Source: an uncultured Myxococcales bacterium
GTDB taxonomy: Bacteria; Myxococcota; UBA4151
Reading direction: 5' to 3'
Assembly: GCA_964013405.1 (NCBI GenBank)
Contig: CAXGWI010000039.1
Location: forward strand, 1 to 24,578
Length of the DNA: 24,578 nucleotides
Shown here: in pieces, positions 7,971 to 16,822 of the stretch
Position numbering within the stretch: the first letter of the stretch is position 1
Layout of the letters: each line of letters opens with the position of its first letter
The notes under the pieces: generated by a model
The model's database searches: none
Seen by the model: the letters and a program-made list of their open reading frames with translations, nothing else
What the model was told of the DNA's origin: nothing
Made by a program: the position numbers and the translations under genes

Positions 7971-9420
7971 AGGCCGTGGCGACCTGACGGCAGAATTCCA
8001 CCAGCGGGCGGGGGTAAAGCCCAAGCCCGACGGTCATCGCCAAGCAGAGCATGACCACAGCCGAAAGGGAGGGCGACGGCTCGAGGGGCGCTTCTGTCTC
8101 CGGTGGGTCCATGTACATGGCACGCACGATCCGCAGGTAGTAGAAGAGCCCGATCACCGTCACCAGGGCGGCCAGGACGACCAGCCAAGCCAGGCCTGAC
8201 TTCCAGGCTGCAAGGAAGACATAGAGCTTCGCCCAGAAGCCCACGACGAAGGGGATCCCCGCCAAGCTCAGCAGGAAGAGCAGCGAGGCCATCGCCAGCC
8301 AGGGGCTTCGCCGGCCGAGGCCCTTAAAGGCGCTGAGTTCGTGGCCGCCACCGCTGCGTTCCAAGCGCTCGACGATGAGGAAGAGTCCCAGGTTGCCGGC
8401 CAAATAGGCCGGTAGATAAAACAGGACGGTGGCGAGCCCTTCAGCTTGCGGGCCCTGGGAGGCCTCGATCCCCACGACCGCCGCGAAACCCATGAGTAAG
8501 ACCCCCATGTGCCCGACACCGGAGAAGGCCAGAAGGCGTTTCGTATTGTCCTGCACCAGGGCCATCATATTGCCCACGACGAGACTGGCCGCGGCCAGCA
8601 AGACGATGATGCTGTGCCAACTACCACCCTGGTTCCCCAGGCCGCCGATGAGGACTTGGATCAGCGCGGCCAGACCCGCCACTTTGGGACCGATCGACAG
8701 GAAGGCGGCGAAGGGGGTGGTGGTTCCTTGATAGGTGTCTGGAACCCACATGTGAAAGGGCACAGCACCAATCTTGAAGCCCATGGCACCGACGAGCATG
8801 GCGAGCCCGAGACCCAGTAGCGGTGTCATCGGTGCTTCAGCCAGGGCGGCGATCCGTGTGCTGCCCGTGCTGCCGATGATCAAGGTGACGGCGAAGAGGG
8901 CCGCAGCCGACGAGATGGCGCCGCTCACGTAGAGCTTGAAGCCCGCTTCACCGGCCCGCTCTCCCTCCTGCTCGGGGGCTTTGGTCCAGGCCGCCATGGC
9001 ATAGAGGGGCACACTCATCAGTTCGAAGGCGACCACCAGCAACAAGAAGTCTCGAGCACCGGCCAGAAGCAGCATGCCACAGAGGCTGGAGAGAAAGAGG
9101 AGATAGTACTCGCCGCTGCGGCTAGGGAAGCGTTCGTTGACCTGCTTCAGCCCGCCCAGAATGGCGAGAAAGCCAGTGGCGAGGAAGAATTGCTTGAGAT
9201 AGAGGGCGAGATCGTCGCTGACGTAGCTGCCGCGCCGGAAAGTGCCCGACACATCGAGAAACCAACTCAAGTCGAAGGCCACACCGACCACGAGAAGGGC
9301 GATAAGACCCAGAAGGTGTTTCTTCGCTCGAGGCAAGAACAGGTCCACCAAGAGCAAGAGGAGAACCCCGATACCAAGGCTCATTTCAAGGGAGATGATG
9401 CGGAAATCGGCTGGATTCAT
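7960..9420 (-). CDS. nuoN: NADH-quinone oxidoreductase subunit N
   Basis: FELMS, GFKIGAVPFHMWVPDTY, GPKVAG, KRLLAFS, FWAKL, YYLRIV. Start MNPADF at 9420 (ATGA overlap with the nuoM stop), not 9612. Confidence 0.95.
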   Translation of the reverse strand: MNPADFRIISLEMSLGIGVLLLLLVDLFLPRAKKHLLGLIALLVVGVAFDLSWFLDVSGTFRRGSYVSDDLALYLKQFFLATGFLAILGGLKQVNERFPSRSGEYYLLFLSSLCGMLLLAGARDFLLLVVAFELMSVPLYAMAAWTKAPEQEGERAGEAGFKLYVSGAISSAAALFAVTLIIGSTGSTRIAALAEAPMTPLLGLGLAMLVGAMGFKIGAVPFHMWVPDTYQGTTTPFAAFLSIGPKVAGLAALIQVLIGGLGNQGGSWHSIIVLLAAASLVVGNMMALVQDNTKRLLAFSGVGHMGVLLMGFAAVVGIEASQGPQAEGLATVLFYLPAYLAGNLGLFLIVERLERSGGGHELSAFKGLGRRSPWLAMASLLFLLSLAGIPFVVGFWAKLYVFLAAWKSGLAWLVVLAALVTVIGLFYYLRIVRAMYMDPPETEAPLEPSPSLSAVVMLCLAMTVGLGLYPRPLVEFCRQVATAFIG

Positions 9421-10961
9421 TTGATGCCCTCCCATGCGGAGCCCAGCAACTGGGAGAGATACTCCGCCGTGGAGAGGTCGATGAAGTCCAGGATCAAGCG
9501 AGGGGCACAGCCGAAAACGATGAGGCCCAGACCCAGTAACCACAATGCGACCCATTCGACCCCTTGGGCGTCTTTGAGGTCGTGGAAATCGTCGCTTGGA
9601 CCTTCGCCCCAAAAGATGGCCTTACAACCTCGAAGCACGTAGATCGCCGTGATCCAGGCGCCGACCAAGCCGACCAAAGCCCACCAAGGGGAGGCCGATT
9701 CCCAGGCGCCGATGAAGACCAGGGCTTCGGCGACGAAGCCAGCGAGTGCGGGGAGGCCCAGGCTGCTCATGGCACCGAGGGTAAAAAAGGTCGCAACCCC
9801 CGGCATCACCCGACCAAAGCCCCCCATGCTGGGAAGCCAACGGGTGTGGGCATTTTGGTAGATTAAGCCGACCAAGGCGAAGAACAGCCCTGTCATCAAG
9901 CCATGGGCGAACATCTGGTAGACGGCGCCATTCCAGCCGTTCACCGTCAGGGTCGCAGCCCCCAGCAGCACCACCCCCATATGGGAAACGGAGCTATAGG
10001 CGATGATGTACTTCAGGTCCTTTTGGGCCATGGCGCACATCGCCCCATGGAAGATGTTGATCACCGCGACCAAGCCCACGAGCCAAGCCCATTGCTGGGC
10101 CCCATCGGGCAGCATCATCATGCCGACCCGCATGACCCCGAAGGCCCCCAACTTCATCAACACGCCTGCGTGGAGCATGGACACCGCCGTGGGGGCGGCA
10201 GCGTGGCCGTCCGGGCTCCAGGTGTGGAAGGGCCAGAGGCCCGCCAGGGTGCCGAAGCCTACCCAGAGGGCGAGGAAGCCAACGGATTGCAACCACATGG
10301 GATAGTCGTGGTTACCGAGGACTTGCATGTCGAAGGTGCCGGCGCCGGCGCTGTGATACATGGCGAGCATGACCGCGAGGATGAGCGCTGAGCCCACCAA
10401 CAGCATGAGGGTCAGCTTCATCGCGGCATATTCTTTGCCCCCCACATCGAACATCTTCCAAACCACCTTGAAGGGGCCCGCTTCCGCCACTTTGTTGGAA
10501 CTGCCCCAGATGCCGATGAGCAGGTACATGGGCAGCACAGCGATCTCGTAGAAGAGGAAGAAGATGAACAGGTCCTGGCAGACAAAGACGCCAAACACAC
10601 CGGCGACGAGGACCAAGAGAAAGACGAAGAACTCCTTCGGGCGATCCTCCAATGTCCAGCTTGCAAAGACCCCGCCGGTGATGATGAGCCCGGTGAGGAG
10701 CAGGAGGCTGACCCCCCAGCCATCGACAGCCAGTTTAAGGTGGATTCCGAGGTCGGGGATGATGGGGTAGCTGACCCCGAGTTGCAGGCCGCCTTGGGCC
10801 AGGTCGTAGAGGCGCCAGACCTGAATGGAGCCTGCGAGACTGATGATCGCTGCGATCGCACTGATGACCCGCAGAGCCGTCTTTTGCGTCGGCGGGACGA
10901 CGAGTAGGATGGCGGCGGCCACGAAGGGGGCGCCGACGATGGTCTCCAATAAGCCCGTCAT
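9417..10961 (-). CDS. nuoM: NADH-quinone oxidoreductase subunit M
   Basis: FYEIAVLPMYLLIGIWG, PFHTWSPDGH, AGVLMKLG, IAYSSVSHMG, GFVAE. Start 10961 overlaps the nuoL stop (ATGA). Confidence 0.95.
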   Translation of the reverse strand: MTGLLETIVGAPFVAAAILLVVPPTQKTALRVISAIAAIISLAGSIQVWRLYDLAQGGLQLGVSYPIIPDLGIHLKLAVDGWGVSLLLLTGLIITGGVFASWTLEDRPKEFFVFLLVLVAGVFGVFVCQDLFIFFLFYEIAVLPMYLLIGIWGSSNKVAEAGPFKVVWKMFDVGGKEYAAMKLTLMLLVGSALILAVMLAMYHSAGAGTFDMQVLGNHDYPMWLQSVGFLALWVGFGTLAGLWPFHTWSPDGHAAAPTAVSMLHAGVLMKLGAFGVMRVGMMMLPDGAQQWAWLVGLVAVINIFHGAMCAMAQKDLKYIIAYSSVSHMGVVLLGAATLTVNGWNGAVYQMFAHGLMTGLFFALVGLIYQNAHTRWLPSMGGFGRVMPGVATFFTLGAMSSLGLPALAGFVAEALVFIGAWESASPWWALVGLVGAWITAIYVLRGCKAIFWGEGPSDDFHDLKDAQGVEWVALWLLGLGLIVFGCAPRLILDFIDLSTAEYLSQLLGSAWEGIK

Positions 10962-12787
10962 CGACCGATCCATCCGCTGGCACTAAGGACCAACAAGCCG
11001 AACACGAGGAAATAGACATAGTCCATGATCCGGCCGGTTTGACTGCCGCGCAATTCCCGCCCACCGATCACTGTGATGTAGGCGCTCCAGTTCATCAGGC
11101 CGTCGATAATGTAGCGATCGATCCAAGCGAGGATCGCACTGGCGCCCAGCAAGATACGCTCATAGGCAGCCTTGAAGACCCGGTCGGTCGCACCGTAGCG
11201 GATCAGGTTCCCGATGGGCTCGAAGGCCGACAGGTTGAGCCCCGGGCTTCGCCCAAAGGCCAGCCAGCTCATGACGATACCAAGCAAGCCGAGGGCGCTC
11301 GCTGCCAGTCCCGTGGGGGAGAGGTGGAAATGGTACTCGGCGCCATAGAGACCGGCGAGGGAGGTGCCGAAGTAACCGATCCCTAGGCTGAGCACGGCAA
11401 GAACCAGCAGCGGGATGGTCATGGCAAGATCGGATTCATGGGCCTCTTCGGCCGCCGCGGAGGGCGTGCCGAAGAAGGCAAGAAAGACAACCCGCCCCAT
11501 GTAGAAGGCCGTCAGAAAGGCGGCGATCATCCCGCAAGCGTAGGGGAAGTAGAGCTCGGCGTGGAGCAACTGCTCTAGGATGAGATCTTTCGAGAAGAAG
11601 CCAGCGGTGCCGGGAAAGCCAGCCAAGGCCAGGGCGCCGATGATGAAGGTGATCGCGGTGATCTTCATCTTACTGAACAACCCGCCCATGTGCTGCAGTT
11701 GATTGCTGTGGACGCCGTGGATGATCGAGCCAGCTGCGAGGAAGAGGAGGGCCTTGAAGTAAGCGTGGGTGGTCAGATGAAAGTAGCCCCCCACGATCTC
11801 GCCGGTCCCAAGGGCGGCCACCATGTAGCCCAACTGACTGCAGGTGGAGTAGGCCAGGACCTTTTTGATGTCTGTTTGCACCACGGCAACACAGGCAGCA
11901 AAGAGGGCGGTGAAACCACCGATATGGGCCATGACAAAGAGGGTGTCCTCGCTGGCAGCGAAGACCGGCATGGCCCGAACCCCCAAATAAACCCCTGCCG
12001 CCACCATGGTCGCCGCGTGGAGAAGGGCGCTGACAGGGGTTGGCCCCTCCATCGCGTCGGGGAGCCAGAGATGGAGGGGGAACTGGGCTGATTTACCCAT
12101 GATCGCGAGAAAGAGCAGCAAGCCGACGGTGGTCGCCATGCCACTGGCCGTCAGGGTCGCAATTGCCTCGGGCCCCCAGTCAAAGCTGCCGGTCTGTGCA
12201 TACAAAATGATGATGCCCAAAAGCAGACCCATGTCGGCGAATTTGGTGATCCAAAAAGCCTTCACAGCGGCCCGGGCAGCGCTGGGTTTCTTAAAGTAGA
12301 AGCCGATGAGCAAGTAGGAGGCCAGCCCCACCAGTTCCCAGCACATGAAGAGCTGTAAGAGGTTGGGAGCGACCACCAGGCCGGCCATGCTGAATAGAAA
12401 CAGTGAGTGGTAGGTGAAGTAGCGGCCGAAAGCCGCTGGGGGCTCGTCGGCCATGTAACCCAGACTAAAGATCTGCACGAGCAAGGCGACGACGCAGACC
12501 ACCACGAGCATGGAGGTACTCACCCCATCCAGGTAGAAACCCACGTCAGCCATCGACCGACCCTCCCGGGTCAACCAATGGGTTTGCGCATCTAGAATCA
12601 CCGTATTGGGAGCTGCTCGCTGCATGCCGAAGAGGACCAGGGCACTGCAGGTCGAAGCCAGTGCTGCCAGGACGCTGAGGTAGGCGCCGATGCGACCGCG
12701 GGTTCGCAGGGGAGGCACCAACCACATCAGACCGGCGACGATGACGGGCACAAACAGGGCCATGCAGGCTAGGTTTAGCGCGTTCAT
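10958..12787 (-). CDS. nuoL: NADH-quinone oxidoreductase subunit L
   Basis: WELVG, GKSAQFPLHLWLPDAMEGPTPVSALLHAATMV, KKVLAYST, THAYFKALLF, FFSKD, C-terminal transverse helix and QTG terminal TM. Confidence 0.97.
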   Translation of the reverse strand: MNALNLACMALFVPVIVAGLMWLVPPLRTRGRIGAYLSVLAALASTCSALVLFGMQRAAPNTVILDAQTHWLTREGRSMADVGFYLDGVSTSMLVVVCVVALLVQIFSLGYMADEPPAAFGRYFTYHSLFLFSMAGLVVAPNLLQLFMCWELVGLASYLLIGFYFKKPSAARAAVKAFWITKFADMGLLLGIIILYAQTGSFDWGPEAIATLTASGMATTVGLLLFLAIMGKSAQFPLHLWLPDAMEGPTPVSALLHAATMVAAGVYLGVRAMPVFAASEDTLFVMAHIGGFTALFAACVAVVQTDIKKVLAYSTCSQLGYMVAALGTGEIVGGYFHLTTHAYFKALLFLAAGSIIHGVHSNQLQHMGGLFSKMKITAITFIIGALALAGFPGTAGFFSKDLILEQLLHAELYFPYACGMIAAFLTAFYMGRVVFLAFFGTPSAAAEEAHESDLAMTIPLLVLAVLSLGIGYFGTSLAGLYGAEYHFHLSPTGLAASALGLLGIVMSWLAFGRSPGLNLSAFEPIGNLIRYGATDRVFKAAYERILLGASAILAWIDRYIIDGLMNWSAYITVIGGRELRGSQTGRIMDYVYFLVFGLLVLSASGWIGR

Positions 12788-13089
12788 CCCTCGAACTCCG
12801 AAACGAGGTCGGTATCGATGCTCCGGTGATGGCGGAAGATCAGGATCACGATGGCGAGGCCAACCACGACTTCAGCGACGGTGAGGGCGATGCTAAAAAG
12901 GGCGAAGACTTGGTAGTCGACGAGCCCAGTGAATCGAGAAAAGGCCACCAGGTTCAGGTTAACGCCATTGGCCATGAGTTCGATGCCAACCAGCAAGCCC
13001 ACCGCATTGCGTCGGCTGAGTGCGGCGAACAGGCCCAGGCAAAAAATGCCACTGCCCAGCAACAAGTAGCTCTGGAGGGTCGGGATCAT
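12784..13089 (-). CDS. nuoK: NADH-quinone oxidoreductase subunit K
   Basis: RRN, IELMANGVNLN, AEVVVGLA (both conserved Glu present). Confidence 0.96.
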   Translation of the reverse strand: MIPTLQSYLLLGSGIFCLGLFAALSRRNAVGLLVGIELMANGVNLNLVAFSRFTGLVDYQVFALFSIALTVAEVVVGLAIVILIFRHHRSIDTDLVSEFEG

Positions 13090-13583
13090 TCCGCGTCCCT
13101 TCGGCGAGCGAGGACGATGGCACCCACCATCGCCGCCAACAGCAGGAAGCTCAGGGCTTCGAAGGCCAGCAGGTGTTCTTGCAGAAGGTTAAAGCCAACG
13201 GCTTGGGTGCCACCATTGAGATCCTTCATGTGGACCGGGAGTTCGGTGTTCATGATGGCTGTGGCAAGGAGCGCGAAGAAGGTGCCGGCCACCATCAACG
13301 CGGCCAAGGGGTTGAGACTTGGGTTTTGTCGGGTGACCGCATGTTCCCGGTCGGTGAGCATCACACCGAAGAGCATGAGCGTGATGATGCCGCCGGTATA
13401 AAGGATCAACTGAATGCCCGCGAGAAAGGGGGCGTTGAGGAGGGCGAAGAGGCCGGCGGTGCCGATCAGCGCCGCGCCAAGCCAGAGCACCGATCGCACT
13501 AAGTTCTGACTGCTCGCGGCGAAGAACGAGCCCAGCAGGACGACGGCGGCTAAGCCACCAAATGCATAGGGCATCAGGCTCAA
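13086..13583 (-). CDS. nuoJ: NADH-quinone oxidoreductase subunit J
   Basis: NLVRSVLWL, LNAPFLAGIQLILYTGGI, FEALSFLLLAAMVGAIVLA. Start is TTG 13583 or ATG 13574. Confidence 0.95.
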   Translation of the reverse strand: MSLMPYAFGGLAAVVLLGSFFAASSQNLVRSVLWLGAALIGTAGLFALLNAPFLAGIQLILYTGGIITLMLFGVMLTDREHAVTRQNPSLNPLAALMVAGTFFALLATAIMNTELPVHMKDLNGGTQAVGFNLLQEHLLAFEALSFLLLAAMVGAIVLARRRDAE

Positions 13584-14149
13584 GTCGCGGGCTCCGTACT
13601 TGGGGTTTCGCTGGCTGCGGGCTCGGGCGCAGGTTCATCAGGCTCTGCTTCGACCAGGCCCCGCTTCGGATCCTGCATTTCCCAGAGCTTGGTGGCGTTG
13701 GCCCAGGTCGGCTCATTGGCCGCGGCTTCGTTGGCGTAGAGCTTGTCCATGGTGAGGACGAGATCCTCCCTGAAGAAGCCTGGGACCTCTGGGACCCGGC
13801 ACATGACGATGGCATCCACGGGGCAGACCTGGACGCAGAGCTCGCAGTAGATGCAGGCGTTGAGATCCAGGGTGAAATCACCCACGTACTGCCGCTTCTT
13901 CCCCGTGGCTTCGCTGAGCTTTTTCTCACCGCCGACGACCGTAATGATTTCGCTCGGGCAAATCCGCTCGCAGAGTTTGCAGGCGATACAGGCCTCTTCA
14001 CCATGTTCGTCGTGAACGAGGGCGAAGCTGCTTCGGTAGCGCTCACCCCGCTCCCGCTTTTCGAAGGGAAAGCGAACGGTCTCCACCGGTCGGAAGAAGT
14101 TCTTCAGTGTCACCAACATGGCTCGAATGGCGTCGAGGAAATACTTCAT
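13580..14149 (-). CDS. nuoI: NADH-quinone oxidoreductase subunit I (2x[4Fe-4S])
   Basis: CIACKLCERICP and CIYCELCVQVCP. Start MKYFLD at 14149 with a GGAGGGAG RBS and ATGA overlap with the nuoH stop. Confidence 0.96.
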   Translation of the reverse strand: MKYFLDAIRAMLVTLKNFFRPVETVRFPFEKRERGERYRSSFALVHDEHGEEACIACKLCERICPSEIITVVGGEKKLSEATGKKRQYVGDFTLDLNACIYCELCVQVCPVDAIVMCRVPEVPGFFREDLVLTMDKLYANEAAANEPTWANATKLWEMQDPKRGLVEAEPDEPAPEPAASETPSTEPAT

Positions 14150-15150
14150 GCGCTCCCTCCAAAGCCGGCGTGAACCCAGAGCGTTGCGATGACGATGAGG
14201 GCCAAGGAAATGGGTACAAGCCAATGCCAACAAAAGCGCATCAATTGGTCACTGCGGAACCGGACGAGGCTCCAGCGTAGCCAGTAGACAGCCAGATAGA
14301 GGGCGCCGGTTTTCAGCGCCATCCAGTGAAGACCATCGGGGCCGGGACCTAGCCAACCGCCGAAGAACATCAAACTGGCGACGGCGCTGGCGATAAAGGT
14401 GTGGATGTATTCCGCTAAGGGAAACATGCCCCAAAGAATGCCCGTGTATTCCACACTGGGTCCGGCGATGAGCTCACTCTCTGCCTCGGGGATGTCGAAG
14501 GGGATCCGATTGGCTTCGGCCAAACTCGCCAGGAAGAAGATGATGAAGGCGATGGCCCCCACCGGGTTTGACCAGATGAACCAAGCGCCACCCTTTTGCG
14601 CTGCGACGATGGCGCCGAAGTCTAAGGAGCCAGCAAGGATCACGGGCACCAAGGCGGCCATGACCAGGGGAATTTCGTAGGACACTCCCTGGGCGACGGC
14701 CCGCATGGAACCAAAGAGGGCGTATTTGTTATTGCTGGCCCAGCCGGCCCACCAAACGGGAAAGACCAACAGGCCGCTAAAGGCCAGCAGCCACAGGAGC
14801 CCCACGGAGGTCACCACGGGCTCCATGCCCTCGGCGAAGGGAATCACCGCGGCGCTGGCCAAGGTGAGCGTGACCGCAACGATGGGTGCAAGGAGGAACA
14901 AAACGGGGTCGGCTGCCCGGGGGATAATGATCTCTTTACGCAGCATTTTGATGCCGTCAGCGATCACCTGAAAGAGCCCAAAGGGACCGACGATGGTGGG
15001 CCCGAGGCGGTTCTGGATGCGACCAGCGAACTTGCGCTCAAGGTAGGTGCTAAACGCGCCGACGCCCATCATCAGCCCAACGAGGACGCCGCCGAGGAGG
15101 ACACCTCGACCCAAGGGATGGTTCAAGAGTTGGTCCATGATGTCGGTCAT
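14146..15150 (-). CDS. nuoH: NADH-quinone oxidoreductase subunit H
   Basis: YLERK...IQNRLGP, ADGIKMLRKE, SNNKYA, AEANRIPFDIPEAESEL, RFRSDQLM. Confidence 0.97.
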   Translation of the reverse strand: MTDIMDQLLNHPLGRGVLLGGVLVGLMMGVGAFSTYLERKFAGRIQNRLGPTIVGPFGLFQVIADGIKMLRKEIIIPRAADPVLFLLAPIVAVTLTLASAAVIPFAEGMEPVVTSVGLLWLLAFSGLLVFPVWWAGWASNNKYALFGSMRAVAQGVSYEIPLVMAALVPVILAGSLDFGAIVAAQKGGAWFIWSNPVGAIAFIIFFLASLAEANRIPFDIPEAESELIAGPSVEYTGILWGMFPLAEYIHTFIASAVASLMFFGGWLGPGPDGLHWMALKTGALYLAVYWLRWSLVRFRSDQLMRFCWHWLVPISLALIVIATLWVHAGFGGSA

Positions 15151-16346
15151 CGGTCAGCCTCGCCCATGACCGGGTCCAGTGAGCCCAAGATGGCGATGGC
15201 GTCAGACAGATTATTGCCGGGCAAAATATAGGGAATGGAGGCCAGATGGTGCAGACTGGGCGGCCGGATCTTCAAGCGATAGGGCGAAAGCCCCTTGTTG
15301 CCGCCAGCGATCAAGTAGGTTCCCAATTCCCCACGGGGCGTCGACAGGCCCACGTAGCAGCGGCCTTCCTTAATCTTGACGCTGGTTGGGCCTTTGTTGG
15401 GCTTCGTGCCGCTGATCGGGCCTTCCGGCAGCCCGGCGAGGAAGAGCCGAGCCAAGCGCGCACTCTCCCGAATCTCATCGACACGGCAGAGGAAGCGGGC
15501 CTGGCAGTCGCCGGCACTGCGGACGGCGGGACGCACTTCCACTTCACCGTAGGCGTTGTAGGGGGCATCCCGACGCAGGTCGCAGTCGATGCCGCTGGCT
15601 CGACCGTTGGGCCCTGTGAGGCCTAGGCCTAGAGCCAAGTTCTTGGGGATCACCCCAACCCCTTGGGTCCGGTCGACGAAGACCTGGTTGTTGACCATCA
15701 TGTCCACCAACTCGTCCAGGCGGGCCTCGATGACCTCCAGGGCGGGCAGCACCATCCGGTCCCAGCCGGCCGGAACATCGTGCCGGTTTCCACCGACACA
15801 ATGGGTATTGTAGTGGAAGCGACAGCCGCTGAGCTCCTCGAAGACGTCCAGGATCATCTCCCGGTCTCGAAAGCAGTACATAAAGGCACTGGCGCCACCA
15901 CCGAGGGCGCCGCCGACATCCAAGCCGAAGGTGCCCAAGGCGATGAGGTGGCTGGCGATGCGTTGCAATTCGGCGAGCAGCGAGCGGAGCCACAGTGCCC
16001 GCCGGGGTACCTCCACCCCAGCGAGCTTTTCAAAAGCCATATTCACGGCCTGCTCGTTAATCATCGGTGAGATGTAATCGTTCTTGTCGATGATGGCCGT
16101 GATGTTCGAATAGTTGAGTTTCTCGCAGAGCTTCTCCACCCCGCGATGGAGATAGCCGGGATAGCCGATGGCTTTGACGATCACTTCGCCATCGAGAATG
16201 AGCTTCACCCGAAAAACACCGTGGGTGCTGGGGTGTTGGGGACCTAGGTTCAACACCATCAGGTCTGCGTCGGGGTCGTAGAGATCCACGTCGAGATAGG
16301 GATTGACCGGCTGCTCAGCGCTGTAGGGTTGGATAGAAAGACTCAT
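15147..16346 (-). CDS. nuoD: NADH-quinone oxidoreductase subunit D
   Basis: NLGPQHPSTHGV, GYLHRGVEK, C-terminal GSLDPVMGEADR; no Ni-ligating CxxC pairs. Confidence 0.96.
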   Translation of the reverse strand: MSLSIQPYSAEQPVNPYLDVDLYDPDADLMVLNLGPQHPSTHGVFRVKLILDGEVIVKAIGYPGYLHRGVEKLCEKLNYSNITAIIDKNDYISPMINEQAVNMAFEKLAGVEVPRRALWLRSLLAELQRIASHLIALGTFGLDVGGALGGGASAFMYCFRDREMILDVFEELSGCRFHYNTHCVGGNRHDVPAGWDRMVLPALEVIEARLDELVDMMVNNQVFVDRTQGVGVIPKNLALGLGLTGPNGRASGIDCDLRRDAPYNAYGEVEVRPAVRSAGDCQARFLCRVDEIRESARLARLFLAGLPEGPISGTKPNKGPTSVKIKEGRCYVGLSTPRGELGTYLIAGGNKGLSPYRLKIRPPSLHHLASIPYILPGNNLSDAIAILGSLDPVMGEADR

Positions 16347-16348
16347 GG

Positions 16349-16822
16349 TTAGCGCCAGGGGGGATGGGCCGTCTCGATGGCGTAGTCCCGGCGAAGGGGG
16401 TGACCCTCCCAGTCTTCCGGCATCATGAGCCGTCGAAGGTCTGGGTGGTTTTTGAAGACCACTCCCACGAGATCGAACTGTTCCCTTTCCTGCCAGTCCG
16501 CGCCTTCGAAAAGGGGGACGAGTGAGTCGATGGGTTCGCCGGCGGCGAGTTCAACACGCCAACAAGCAAAAGAGGAGGCGCCCGGTTCGGGCTTACGCAG
16601 CACCGTCGCCACCTGAAAGGTTTCCGGGCTTCCCTCCGGGTTCTTCTTGTTGGGGACTTCACCGGCAAAGTGGGTCGCAGCCACGGTGATGTAGAACGTG
16701 TAGCCTTCCGATTGAAGCAATTCGGCCAGGGCAAAGTGATGCTCTGGGGCAACGACAAACTCAGTCTCGAGCTCCTGCACTTCTGTGCCGGTGAGCGCAG
16801 CTACCTTTTCGGCCGTCGTCAT
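16349..16822 (-). CDS. nuoC: NADH-quinone oxidoreductase subunit C (short)
   Basis: [40 protein letters not shown] signature. Confidence 0.95.
   Translation of the reverse strand: MTTAEKVAALTGTEVQELETEFVVAPEHHFALAELLQSEGYTFYITVAATHFAGEVPNKKNPEGSPETFQVATVLRKPEPGASSFACWRVELAAGEPIDSLVPLFEGADWQEREQFDLVGVVFKNHPDLRRLMMPEDWEGHPLRRDYAIETAHPPWR

Noticed and set aside
9421..9612. Long N-terminal extensions of NuoN, NuoI, SucB and LpdA in the ORF track
   Set aside because: Artefacts of longest-ORF calling; downstream ATGs at or just after the previous stop give normal N-termini
9417..12787. '2M' complex I with an extra antiporter subunit
   Set aside because: Only one nuoM, and NuoL is of ordinary length (609 aa)
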